Sequence record: CP121101.1
Origin: a plasmid
Strand: one strand, 5' to 3'
DNA: 64,000 bases
Positions 1-10,837 of this stretch are shown here, in pieces. Under the pieces are notes generated by a model. That model did not search any database. It had not been told where the DNA came from and worked only from the letters and a program-made list of their open reading frames with translations. Numbering within the stretch: position 1 is the stretch's first letter; every line of letters starts with the position of its first letter. Both the position numbers and the translations under genes were made by a program.

Positions 1-159
1 AGCGGCAATTCAGTCTGTTTATCGCATGGTTGATGAGCGCGCAGGACAATACACATCCAATCCACTCGTAGAACAGCTACTCGAGCAGATGAAAGAAGCA
101 TATCGCGAAAATATTCTTCAAAACGCCGCCGAAGCTAGGTTCAAGACTGACGAGAATGA

Positions 160-1057
160 ATGATGGCCCAAGACATTTTTTTAGAACTTAATAATGCCGT
201 TTTGGACTTACAAGCTTCACAGCTACAAACCTACGAGCGACCTCTAAAGAGACTTGCCCAGTTACTGAAACACCCAGAGCTCAACACCTACAACGCAGAA
301 TTAACTTGTGGGCTGGATCTAGAGGCCTTTATCAATAAAAGTGAGCAAACCGGCGGAAGTATGGTGGGTAGTGCGCAACTTGCTTGGCCGGAAGATCCTA
401 GGCAAGTGCTGGGCTGACATTGCTTCTTATCGAGAAATTGGGGGATGACCCGCGCTATGCAACCAACTTTAGCCATCACTTCTTCTACTCCGGTAAAAAG
501 ATCATAGCTGGTATCCACTCTCTCACTGGGCAGCTAATTGTTCCCTTTGTCCGAGATTACAGAAATTATGTTCAGTCCAAAGGAAACACCCAAACCGTGT
601 TTAAACCCCGCCTCTCCCGCAAAGTCTTTATAGTTCACGGCCATGACGAAGGTGCGCGCGAGACTGTAGCCCGTTTCCTAGAGCGTATCGATTTAGAGAC
701 CCCGTCATCCTGCATGAGCAGGCCAACCAAGGACGAACCGTCATAGAGAAAGTCATCGCGCATAGTGATGTCGGTTTTGCCGTTGTTTTGCTCACACCCG
801 ATGATGAAGGGTGTGTTAAAGGCGGGACCCTAGAACCTCGAGCGAGGCAAAACGTGCTGTTAGAGCTGGGCTACTTCATTGGCAGCCTGGGCCGAGATAA
901 GGTGTGTGCTTCAAGAGGGGCATGCTGGAAATCCCGAGTGACTTTGCGGGTGTAGTCTGGGAGACAATGGATAGTAGTGGTGGCTGGAAGCAGGCTCTTG
1001 CCCGTGAACTAGCCGCGGCAGGCTACGATATTGATTGGAATAAAGTGATGCGCTGAT
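160..1057 (+). pseudogene. TIR-like (COG4271 / Cap12-type) nucleotide-binding domain protein, broken by at least three frameshifts
   Basis: Frame-3 ORF 420-746 reads ...KVFIVHGHDEGARETVARFLERIDLETP. The homology continues in other frames as ILHEQANQGRTVIEKVIAHSDVGFAVVLLTPDDEG...RARQNVLLELGYFIGSLGRDKVCA and LKRGMLEIPSDFAGVVWETMDSSGGWKQALARELAAAGYDIDW. These are hallmark motifs of the bacterial TIR-like family. ORF 160-417 lies in yet another frame immediately upstream. Confidence 0.5.
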
Positions 1058-1103
1058 AAGTATTGAGATAGTGATGCCTCCTATCAGTTGAATATCGCTT
1101 ATC

Positions 1104-1517
1104 ATGGATCCCATTGAGATCCACCCCATCAAACCAAACGCAAGTTTAATTGCATCAATTGGTCACAACCCACACTTATCTAACGCAGAACATATGACAC
1201 ATAAAATCATCGATACCGCACTTTTCTTTAGTTATGAAAACATGCTCACTCGCTTCAAGCGGGCGAAGAGTGAAGACACCTTGGACACGATGTATCGGGG
1301 GGCCGTCTACAAAGCCAATTCAAATCTACAGGGTAGCGACCTATTTCTGGCGCAAATCGCTATCGAGAGAGCACTGAACCAGTGTCAGCAAGATTTCGAC
1401 ACATCTCACACAGGTATGACCCGCAAAGTTAACCACGCCATCAAGCAAGCAGAAGAACCTTGCAAGCAGTACAACCCAGAAGAGGAGATGCGGCGACTCC
1501 TCTCCAGCATGAGCTAA
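1104..1517 (+). CDS. hypothetical protein (137 aa)
   Basis: Intact ORF with no recognisable motif, in a moderately AT-rich region. Confidence 0.3.
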   Translation: MDPIEIHPIKPNASLIASIGHNPHLSNAEHMTHKIIDTALFFSYENMLTRFKRAKSEDTLDTMYRGAVYKANSNLQGSDLFLAQIAIERALNQCQQDFDTSHTGMTRKVNHAIKQAEEPCKQYNPEEEMRRLLSSMS

Positions 1518-2381
1518 ACGAACCCATCCGAGCATCGATATTGTTATTACCTGACTAAATAACTCAAGATGAGCACCTTGCGATGACTGACTCGCAGTCG
1601 ATTTTGGTTAAATGGTTAAGTAGTTTTTATATAAATACAGGTAATTGGTATACATGGGAGAGCGTTTCAAGATATTCGCTCCTCAACAGATATAATCGTT
1701 TTATAGCAATAATTTTTAACCGCCTAACCATGAGCACCTCAAACTCACTAATGGCGTGGGTTAGAGACTGATTAAGTGGCACAGAGCCAGTTTAACCAGT
1801 GTCTACTCACAATAAACCAAGATGTTTTTTAATTGCCGTTGGTAACGGCAAGTTATCCACTTCATTGAACGACCTACTAGGCCTAGAGATGCCTGTGTGG
1901 ATTATCAGTCGATGATAGGCTTTGGTATCGTAAGCACCGCCTGCAAAATTTGTACCCAGCGTACAACGCAATAACTAGCATGGTGCTTTTTTCCTAGCAA
2001 AATTGGCAATCACGGGTAATTTGGCCGAGGTAATTAAGTGCCCTCTTGAAAGTTTAAAAGCTTTCTCCCACACAGGCGTTGGTATTCGCACCTTTCTTAG
2101 CCTGCTCAAGCGTCAGCGGCAAGCCGGCAGGTGGTGTTGTGGGTTTGTTCATGGCCTGATGATGCCGGACAGGTGGGATCAGGCAAGGAGCAACAGAGGA
2201 TCAAGGGACGATCGTCTCACTTTTCCCTATCAATACCCTCTGGGTGAACAGTTACGCCCAAACTCCATACCCAGAACGCTCAGCATAGTCCCTAGAATCG
2301 CGTAGGTGAGCATTTACTGGCTGGTGAGTGGCAATATATGCCTCCGCACCTCAATTCAATACAGAGCCTCTGGTGGCTGGT

Positions 2382-2401
2382 CTGTCGATGCAATATAAAA
2401 C
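2382..2401. repeat. direct repeat copy 1 (GTCGATGCAATATAAAA)
   Basis: The 17-20 bp sequence gtcgatgcaatataaaa(c) recurs about 257 bp downstream in AT-rich non-coding DNA. Confidence 0.5.
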
Positions 2402-2638
2402 ACCACAAGGGACTCATATGAACTTTTTTGAAATATTTTCAACTTTACCACTTGAAAATTTTCGAAATATGTCCACGTATTATAATTGAGAGCAATGAAA
2501 TTCTTATCTCTATTTCCCTATGCTTTCTCCTCTGAGAATCCTCTGTAATACCTCATATTTTAGCCACTATCAATACTCAAAGATGAGAATCAATGTCAAA
2601 CAAGATGAATGAGGGTGCGTTCTCTAGTATGGCTGACT

Positions 2639-2658
2639 GCATCGCTCGTCGATGCAAT
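2639..2658. repeat. direct repeat copy 2 (GTCGATGCAATATAAAA)
   Basis: Second copy of the 17-20 bp direct repeat. Confidence 0.5.
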
Positions 2659-2777
2659 ATAAAAACGTCGGAATGAATTTTTTCACGAAAGAAAATTTTC
2701 ACGCTAGTGATCTTGTTTTTTTGTGAACAAAAATACCAATACCACTTTTTAAAAAAATTAGATTATGAATTAACCCT

Positions 2778-4024
2778 TACCCATCCCCTCATATGAGCGA
2801 GGCGTGGCGCGGCTTCTGCGCTATCATCCTGCTCTTTGACCGGCAAATACCTGACTACTGACCTCCATGCTCGACCACCACACTATTCTCCAGCACATCG
2901 ATGACATATTGGCCAGGACAGGACATGCATGCCAAGCGCGTCCTCTCTCTGGCAAATGCAACCCAGGGCGTGCTCAGCTCCGGCTCTCTCGCCATCCATG
3001 CCATTGGCAATGGCCTCTCCGTTGCCCGCAGCATTGACCGCAAGCATGCCGTCAAACAGGTCGACCGCCTGCTGACCAACACCAAGCTCAACGTCTGGCT
3101 CCTGTTTCAGGATTGGGTGCCCTATGTCGTTGCCGAGCGCAAAGAGATTGTCGTCTCCATGGACTGGACCGAGTTTGACCAGGATGACCACTGCACCCTG
3201 GTCATCAGCCTGCAAACCAGCCACAGCCGTAACACGCCCCTGCTCTGGCAAACCCACCAGAAGTCGCTACTCAAGGGCAAGCGCAATGAGCATGAGCGCA
3301 CCTTGCTGGCCAAACTCAAGGCGTGCCTGCCAGCCGGCATCTTCACCACGGTGGTCGCCGACCGTGGCTTTGGCTACCGGGAGATGTTCGAACTGTTGGA
3401 AACCGAGTTCGATTTTGCCTATCTCATTCGTTTTAAAGGCAATATCCTGGTCGGTCATGCCGATGCAGAGCAGGTTCCTGCCCGTCAATGGCTCACCCCG
3501 ACCGGGCGAACGCGCACCCTCAAAGAGGTCGAGATGACCTGGACCCGTCATCCGGTCGCCCGCGTCTATTGCTGCCAGAAGAGTGGTATGAAGGAGCCCT
3601 GGTTTTTAGCCAGCAACCGCACCGACCTGAGCGCGGCCAGGGCACTGGGCCTGTACGGCAAGCGTTGGGGCATTGAAACCAGCTTCCGTGACATCAAGGA
3701 CTACCGTTTTGGCATGGGGATGGGGCAGGTACGGCTGAGCAGTCCGGCACGCCGTGACCGGCTGTTCCTGTTCAGCGCGCTGGCGATAGTGTTGCTGACG
3801 CTGCTGGGTAAGGCGGGTGACAGTATAGGGCTGGAGCGGACCATCAAGGTCAACACCAGCAAGAGCCGGAACTATTCGTTCTTCCGTCAAGGGTGCATTT
3901 ATTACGAATTATTACGACGATGAAGGAGGCGAATGCCCGACCGCTGATGGAGAAATTTGTTTATTACTTGAAACAGCACCGTTTATACACCAGCACGCTT
4001 GGCATTATTTGAGTCTTAAAAAAT
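2778..4024 (+). mobile_element. IS4-family insertion sequence (IS10-like architecture), about 1.25 kb
   Basis: Imperfect terminal inverted repeats CCCTTACCCATCCCCTCAT (left, about 2778-2797) and reverse complement CCCTTAGGGATCCCCTCAT (right, about 4005-4024) flank the transposase ORF. Exact termini and any TSD were not resolved. Confidence 0.5.
2901..3923 (+). CDS. IS4-family DDE transposase
   Basis: 340 aa and alignable with IS10 transposase: KRVLSL...KQVDRLLTN, VSMDWTEF, ADRGFG, KEPWFLASN, YGKRWGIETSFRDIKDYRFGMG. The ORF stops about 100 bp before the right IR, whereas the +1 frame continues to about 3990, so a 3-prime frameshift is possible. Confidence 0.75.
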   Translation: MTYWPGQDMHAKRVLSLANATQGVLSSGSLAIHAIGNGLSVARSIDRKHAVKQVDRLLTNTKLNVWLLFQDWVPYVVAERKEIVVSMDWTEFDQDDHCTLVISLQTSHSRNTPLLWQTHQKSLLKGKRNEHERTLLAKLKACLPAGIFTTVVADRGFGYREMFELLETEFDFAYLIRFKGNILVGHADAEQVPARQWLTPTGRTRTLKEVEMTWTRHPVARVYCCQKSGMKEPWFLASNRTDLSAARALGLYGKRWGIETSFRDIKDYRFGMGMGQVRLSSPARRDRLFLFSALAIVLLTLLGKAGDSIGLERTIKVNTSKSRNYSFFRQGCIYYELLRR

Positions 4025-4830
4025 GAGGGGATCCCTAAGGGTATAGTGGGGGCTGAGTTGTTCGCGTTTCATCATCCATGCTCTGGTGTCTCGACCTCGG
4101 GATGCGAAGTAGACCTTTCCCAACCGCCCCCTGATTAATCCTATCGATCACCTGCATATGTGCATCGCTACGGGGGTCGTGCTGCTAGTTTCTGAATGGA
4201 TCTCATTGCTGTATGCCTTTGGGAGAGAAGTCCGCCAGCATGACTCCACCCTTCATATAGCGGACATCATCCCGCCAGATCCGATGTAGCAGGAATTCGA
4301 TCTGGGCAAGCAACTCACGGGTATCAGCAGTGGGTATCGGCAACCGTGTGGATATTTGGTTGGCGTAGTGTGTTTCCCACTCCGCAAATGGGCTCGAACG
4401 TATGAATACTGTGACATGGCAGCAGTACATGCCCTCTGCCCTGAGTTTCTCAGCAGACCGTTCCATGTAGCCAGCGAGAGCCTCCCGCATGGGGCCAAAT
4501 TCGGTGATCCGCTTCCCGAAAGAGCGGGAGCAGATGATCTGCTGCTTGGCCTGGGCCATCGGCTCCAGTTCGGCGCAGGGAATCCCCCGCAGTTCCTGTA
4601 CTGTGCGTTCGACGACGCCATACCGGCGCCGCAGGCTCTTGGCATCAGGCGCTACTAGGCCAGCTACGGTGTTGATGTCTTGGGCTGTCATCCGTTGTTG
4701 AGCCGAATGCACAAACCTGGAGATGAGAAGCGGAGTTTGGTTATTGTCCCAACGTAGGATTACGACGGCTGGCTGGGTTGTCGTGACCCAGAGTTGGTAC
4801 GAACCTACCTTGTTCAGCAGGAAGCAGAAG
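4025..4830 (-). pseudogene. umuC: umuC-like remnant (second, diverged copy), multiply frameshifted, truncated at both ends
   Basis: ORF 4203-4712 ([25 protein letters not shown]...[37 protein letters not shown]...GGVMLADF) is about 80 percent identical to residues about 150-320 of the UmuC at 59075-60354. The homology continues downstream in another frame ([19 protein letters not shown]) right up to the IS4-family IS boundary at 4025, which lies about 12 codons before the expected stop. Weaker homology runs upstream to about 4830, and the N-terminal portion of the gene is absent. Confidence 0.7.
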
Positions 4831-4935
4831 TGTTGATGGGCTCGCCAACAAGCATAAAAAAGCTTTTGATAACAGTCGCTTCACTCACTCGATAAAATAT
4901 ATGGTGATTTTTATATACTCCCAAGGAAGTTATTT

Positions 4936-5409
4936 TTAGATGTCTGGTGCTAAGTTGAGTTTAAATTCCTTAAGCATCTCAAATGCTGCGGGATCCTTCG
5001 GTACAGGTAGTTGGTTGGCTTTCAGAACAGCTGCCCTACCGGACCTACAGACAGATGGGTCACCCTGGCCGTTATCCACTGAGTGGACAAAGCCACTGCT
5101 GGTAAGCTTCACACCGATAGTACAAGTTTTACCCCGCATTGTAGGATCTAATATCATATATCGATTAATCGTTGCGCTGATGAGGGCTGCATATTTGTCT
5201 ACGTCGCTTCTGGTTGTCACCGATGCGGTCTGGCTAAGGGAATAGGCTGCCATCTCTTTTTGCAGCCTTGCTTCTTCTGCCATCTGGGCTGTGGTTTTTG
5301 ACTTAGCTGGAGCTTGCATACTCGCAAGCGCCGCCATACAGCCAACCTTCCATTCATTTAAGCGTACCTGCCTACTCTCAATTACCTCTTTGAGATCGCC
5401 AGCAGCCAA
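4936..5409 (-). CDS. TolA C-terminal (domain III)-like protein, probably the C-terminal part of a short TolA paralog
   Basis: C-terminus aligns to E. coli TolA domain III: GKTCTIGVKLTSSG / QGDPSVCRSGRAAVLKANQLPVPK / AAFEMLKEFKLNLAP versus GKTCTLRIKLAPDG / GGDPALCQAALAAAKLAKIPKPP / AVYEVFKNAPLDFKP. Confidence 0.65.
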   Translation of the reverse strand: MAAGDLKEVIESRQVRLNEWKVGCMAALASMQAPAKSKTTAQMAEEARLQKEMAAYSLSQTASVTTRSDVDKYAALISATINRYMILDPTMRGKTCTIGVKLTSSGFVHSVDNGQGDPSVCRSGRAAVLKANQLPVPKDPAAFEMLKEFKLNLAPDI

Positions 5410-5747
5410 GACAGATTAGTATATTTTAATGTTTCCATTGGATCTCTTTCGAGTTTCCCCTCAACCAAAGCCATCGCTCTGCGCTCTTTTATTGCATACT
5501 GCTCAGTATTAATTTCATTGAGCTTATTTACCATTTGCTCTGTTTTATCTGCTTCGGTCCTTACGCTATCAAACCCTTTACATGTCTTGAATCCTGACCA
5601 AGAGTTGGCATCAGCTGACTGTGCAGCTTCAACTTTGATGCCAATGATCGCCATAACAGCTACCAACGTTAATCCTTGTACTTGGCGTGCGTTAACTTTA
5701 AAAACACCCCCTCCCAAAAAACAGTATGTCTGAGCATGTGATTTCAT
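5382..5747 (-). CDS. membrane-anchored coiled-coil protein, probably the N-terminal part of the TolA-like gene (28-nt overlap in a different frame)
   Basis: Single TM helix (GLTLVAVMAIIGI) followed by a charged coiled-coil segment. It overlaps ORF 4936-5409 in another frame, which suggests one gene with a frameshift. Confidence 0.4.
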   Translation of the reverse strand: MKSHAQTYCFLGGGVFKVNARQVQGLTLVAVMAIIGIKVEAAQSADANSWSGFKTCKGFDSVRTEADKTEQMVNKLNEINTEQYAIKERRAMALVEGKLERDPMETLKYTNLSWLLAISKR

Positions 5748-5883
5748 TTTTTTCCTATTTTTCTTTGTAGTAAAAAATTAGTAAACCCATCTCTAAAATG
5801 CATGTAACTAGCAAATATAAAAATAATTATCTGAGCAATACCTAGATACATATGTGGTTTCAATAAAACCGCAAAATATAGCA

Positions 5884-6186
5884 TCAATGAGACAACGACA
5901 CATAAAAATCGCTTGCAGCAGTATAGTAACTAAATTGACTTTCATTTGTTGATAATTTTATAGAACTTACAGATTTAGATATGTTGGCAGTTATTTGCCC
6001 AAATATTATGCATGCTGCTAACGACCAATCTGATGCTGTCAGTATATCTTGATAGTTTGAGCTGTATAATTTTACAAATACAAGTAAAATAAATGGGGTT
6101 ATTATGTAAATGTACGTAGCCTTGAGTTCCGCCATTATGGATTTTTTTTCGGAGTCAGAAATTTGATAACTCATGTTGATATCCAT
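5884..6186 (-). CDS. small two-TM membrane protein (about 95-100 aa)
   Basis: Two hydrophobic helices (YIYIITPFILLVFVKLY and WSLAACIIFGQITANI). It overlaps the upstream 287-aa gene by about 20-32 nt and lies in a region of about 30 percent GC. Confidence 0.45.
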   Translation of the reverse strand: MDINMSYQISDSEKKSIMAELKATYIYIITPFILLVFVKLYSSNYQDILTASDWSLAACIIFGQITANISKSVSSIKLSTNESQFSYYTAASDFYVSLSH

Positions 6187-7018
6187 GGCTCCTTATTATA
6201 GAGTTAATCTTAATTATCTTTGCATTTCTTATTTCTGTTTGCCCTTTTCCTGACGGCGTTTTATATATGTCGTATGTTATATCAGCATCAATCATATCTT
6301 TAGGGCCTATGGGTAGTATTAGTCCCTGCTGATATCGTTCTAACCATTCATTGTTTACAATGCGCGCACTAAAACTCCGTTCCATAATAGGACTTTTAAA
6401 AGTCCACACTGAATGACCTTCACCTTCATTCACAGCAATCTTTACATATAGTTTGTCAGTTATGGCATAGCTTTCAGATGCACCTAAAAACATTGCTTTA
6501 GGATTTCCCGTGAAACGCCACCTACTATTCAATGTGGCAACATTACCATTGTTAAGTGCTGATGTGAATTCTACATGTTCATTTGGTAATAGTTTCGAGT
6601 TTGCTTCGGATAATTTTGACAATACTGTAGCCAAATTTTTTCTGTCTACATATGGATCTAATTGTGATTCTGAGTTTTCATATAATTTGCTCTCTAACTT
6701 TAATGCAAGTAATTCGATGTCGGATTCTGACTCCGTGTGTTCTACGAGGTCGTCAAATAGTCGAAAACTACTATCTATAACTGTGTTAGCAACTGCACCT
6801 AATAATTTTTCTTTCAGTATAGATAGCTTTCCTATTACAGAGCTAATTGCTATATCATCCAGAATCAGTTCAAAATCACACTCTTGGTCAAGAGCGTTAG
6901 TAATAAGCTGTCCTAGATCCTTGTACCCATTGATATATAAAGCCATAGCTTGAAATACTTCGGATGGGTTATTTCTGTTTTTTAGAAAATCTATCTTAAT
7001 TGACAAATCAGAGTTCAA
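6155..7018 (-). CDS. hypothetical protein (287 aa), first gene of an AT-rich two-gene module
   Basis: Intact ORF with TTG start preceded by AAGGGGAA and an in-frame stop just upstream. No recognisable family, and GC is far below the surrounding DNA. Confidence 0.5.
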   Translation of the reverse strand: MNSDLSIKIDFLKNRNNPSEVFQAMALYINGYKDLGQLITNALDQECDFELILDDIAISSVIGKLSILKEKLLGAVANTVIDSSFRLFDDLVEHTESESDIELLALKLESKLYENSESQLDPYVDRKNLATVLSKLSEANSKLLPNEHVEFTSALNNGNVATLNSRWRFTGNPKAMFLGASESYAITDKLYVKIAVNEGEGHSVWTFKSPIMERSFSARIVNNEWLERYQQGLILPIGPKDMIDADITYDIYKTPSGKGQTEIRNAKIIKINSIIRSHGYQHELSNF

Positions 7019-7408
7019 TTATTTTCCCCTTTGAAACATTTTAATAATGCTCCTAGTACTGTAAGCCACAACCTGAAAAATATAATTTTAATGCCAATCT
7101 AACATACCCATTGTAATCTGTACCTGTTCACACATTCCTTAATCATGATTTCAAGTTCGTGCGGAACAATCAAAGCCCCGCATTGTCATCTTTCTTAAGA
7201 TCCTTATCGCACATATCTTTGTTGGAGAAGGCGTATTCTACTGTCAAATAACCGGTGTCTCCGCTGGCTGCATTCGCCATCAGGTACACATCAGTCAAAT
7301 TCCACGGCAGGGCTTTTTTTTCCCCCTTCCAGGAGCTTATCAGATAGCGATCTTTCTTGTTGAGCGCCATCATCCAATACTTACCTTCTTTCCAAATTGA
7401 TCCCGCCG

Positions 7409-8344
7409 TCAGGGGAAATCTAGCTTCTTGGCCTTGCCGTATTTTTCCGACAATATCTTATCAAGTTCATCAAATTCGCTTTTGACATCAAAACCATAGC
7501 CATTGGTCACAATGTCTTTGCCAATACCCTTAACCCAGCACAGCCCCGCATTATCCGAGATTTTGACGGCATAGTTTTCAAACTGGCTGTTGGGTTTGGG
7601 TGGATTGTCGAACAAATAAATGCCATTACCTTGCGGTTTCAGCTGGCCGGCAAACATGTCTACGGTCATCCCCATCGCCAAGCCAAAAGGGCCATCCGAC
7701 GCGACGATTTTACTAGTTTCAGCGACTGACACTGGTGCCGGAGCAGGAGTCAGTGTTGGTGCGGGGGATGCCGCCTGTGAGGCTGGCGTTGCAGCCGTTG
7801 CAGCCACGGCAGTGTTGGCCGGTGTAGCGGCGGACTTGCCCACTATCAACAAGCCGTATTTGGCTGACAAGCGTTGTTGCTCAAGCTGCGCAAGCGTTTG
7901 CTCGATAGTCGCGACCGTAGTCTGACTGAGGGCTGCCAGCAGGCCGCCGCTGTATTGCGCCGCCGTGGCCTTGGCATTGTCAAGTTTCAACTTGGTTTGC
8001 ACGATGTCGCCTTCCAGCTGCTTGGCTCGCTCTGGATCCGCTTTACTGGTGGGCGTTACCACCGTCACCTTCGTGCCGGTCTCAATAGCCTGGATACGTT
8101 GATTGACCACATCCTGACTCAGTTTCAGGGTCTCTTCTCGCATTTGCATGATGGTCAAGATCAGGCCGCTGCCCATTTGCGACATCTCGCCCGTTACACT
8201 GATGATCTCCTGCCCCAGTGCATCCCGCTCTTGCTTGAGCTGACCGACAAGCTCTTTTTCTTCTGTTGTTAATGTCTTTTGCTGATCACAGGCCGACATC
8301 ATAAAAACTGAACACACCAACAGTGCAACGTGCGTCTTTTTCAT
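7409..8344 (-). CDS. lipoprotein with coiled-coil region and Ala/Pro-rich linker
   Basis: Signal peptide plus lipobox (LLVCSVFMMSAC), long coiled-coil and a C-terminal globular domain. A 67-aa ORF (7170-7373) in another frame downstream may be a frameshifted continuation. Confidence 0.55.
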   Translation of the reverse strand: MKKTHVALLVCSVFMMSACDQQKTLTTEEKELVGQLKQERDALGQEIISVTGEMSQMGSGLILTIMQMREETLKLSQDVVNQRIQAIETGTKVTVVTPTSKADPERAKQLEGDIVQTKLKLDNAKATAAQYSGGLLAALSQTTVATIEQTLAQLEQQRLSAKYGLLIVGKSAATPANTAVAATAATPASQAASPAPTLTPAPAPVSVAETSKIVASDGPFGLAMGMTVDMFAGQLKPQGNGIYLFDNPPKPNSQFENYAVKISDNAGLCWVKGIGKDIVTNGYGFDVKSEFDELDKILSEKYGKAKKLDFP

Positions 8345-8633
8345 TTTTATCCTCTGTTTCTATATTATTAATTCATGATTAATATATAAACGAATAATGT
8401 CATACGGATAAATCAACACTAACCAGTCTGTCAGAAATCGGAATTCTTTAAAAGATTTATAGTTAAATGCGGGATTTTGATAGTAAAAGATCTGCCTAGC
8501 TTCACACTTTTGTGCTGCGTAGGGGCAGCAGTAAACAGCCTGCTCTCACCATGCGACAGCTAGTTTTGTATGCCATCTCCGTCCCTTAAAATATTTCTGT
8601 ATAGAGCTTGGATACTGCTATCAACTAGGCTAA

Positions 8634-9829
<1,196 letters not shown>

Positions 9830-9926
9830 TTAGCAGCATTCATTGCTGCTTCACGGGTCCGGTGGCTTTTAAATCACGGTCTTTGCCTGCTCGGAGGCTG
9901 TAAAACGGAGCGTTTTTGGTGGCCAT

Positions 9927-10202
9927 TCAGATGCCACCTTCTTCGATTGCCGGGCGCTTAGTCGGATCTAGCCACGCCAGAGCTTCCTTCTCGCATGCTT
10001 CGCGAGACGCGCTGAACCCGGCCTGCTCCATGACCCGGCCATACTCTGCTGCCAGGTATTCATAGGCGTCGGCTAGGTCACTCAGGAGCTGGGCTGCGTC
10101 GACATTTCCGGAATGGTACAGACCCTTTGCTTGCATTCTGACTTTGGGAATTCCTTTGATGCTCATGATGTTCTCTCTTTGGTCGAAATCGTTAATATTC
10201 AA
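9927..10202 (-). CDS. small hypothetical protein (probably about 79 aa from an internal Met)
   Basis: ORF only, with no recognised motif. Confidence 0.3.
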   Translation of the reverse strand: MNINDFDQRENIMSIKGIPKVRMQAKGLYHSGNVDAAQLLSDLADAYEYLAAEYGRVMEQAGFSASREACEKEALAWLDPTKRPAIEEGGI

Positions 10203-10507
10203 TGAGTTGAATGTACTATAATAATGCCGAGTGACGCAACTTCAGGAGCGCTCCCGGCTTGGTTAATCTAGGAATGGCAGGTCGCACTCACGAATGCTGA
10301 TCTGCTGTCGTGATTATGCCGAGGGGAGTAGGGGGAGCCAATAATGGGTGGCTATCCTAGATGTCTCGGTGGCGAGGTATCCTACGATGGGGCAGAGTGC
10401 TTTGTTGGGACATGCCCGAGCTCACAGCGCCAGCCTATCTATCAATACCGAGCGGCGTTTCGGCTTCGGCAAATATCCCGGGCCAGCTCATTGATTTCTA
10501 CGTTGTG

Positions 10508-10831
10508 TCACAAGCTCACCAAGACCCCAACCACAGCTATTAGCCACGGGATAGACCAAAGAGAAATGAAACCAACTAAATCATCATGTTGCCAAACATA
10601 ATCCAAGCCACAGGCAAGGCGAACTATGGCAGCTGTCATACAGATAAAAATGGTGATGACCCACCCAGGAATCACATCTGCATGCGCTTTCGCGATGTCT
10701 TTTATCGTTGGTCCATGTCTCATGCTTTCCGGCTCCTTCTTGGTTGACTTCGATGGGATGAATCTACCATAGAGCTGGGCAGCACAACCTTGCTGGTGGA
10801 CCCTCCCTGGGTCTCTCGGTTGGTGGGTCAC
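10508..10831 (-). CDS. small membrane protein (2 TM)
   Basis: Hydrophobic helices WVITIFICMTAAIVRLA and IPWLIAVVGVLVSL, immediately downstream of the Mrr-like gene. Confidence 0.35.
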   Translation of the reverse strand: MTHQPRDPGRVHQQGCAAQLYGRFIPSKSTKKEPESMRHGPTIKDIAKAHADVIPGWVITIFICMTAAIVRLACGLDYVWQHDDLVGFISLWSIPWLIAVVGVLVSL

Positions 10832-10837
10832 CGGCGG

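Noticed and set aside
2003-2305. 100-aa ORF in the non-coding region left of the IS4-family element
   Set aside because: No RBS, atypical composition, and it sits in a region otherwise devoid of genes. Likely chance ORF.
4203-4712. Possibility that the umuC fragment here and the umuC at 59075-60354 are two halves of one gene separated by an inversion or insertion
   Set aside because: They cover the same residues at about 80 percent identity, so they are paralogous copies, not complementary halves.
7170-7373. 67-aa ORF downstream of the lipoprotein gene, as an independent gene
   Set aside because: It follows the lipoprotein stop in another frame without its own RBS and repeats a DNAGL motif found in the lipoprotein C-terminus. 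It is more likely a frameshifted continuation or remnant than a separate gene.
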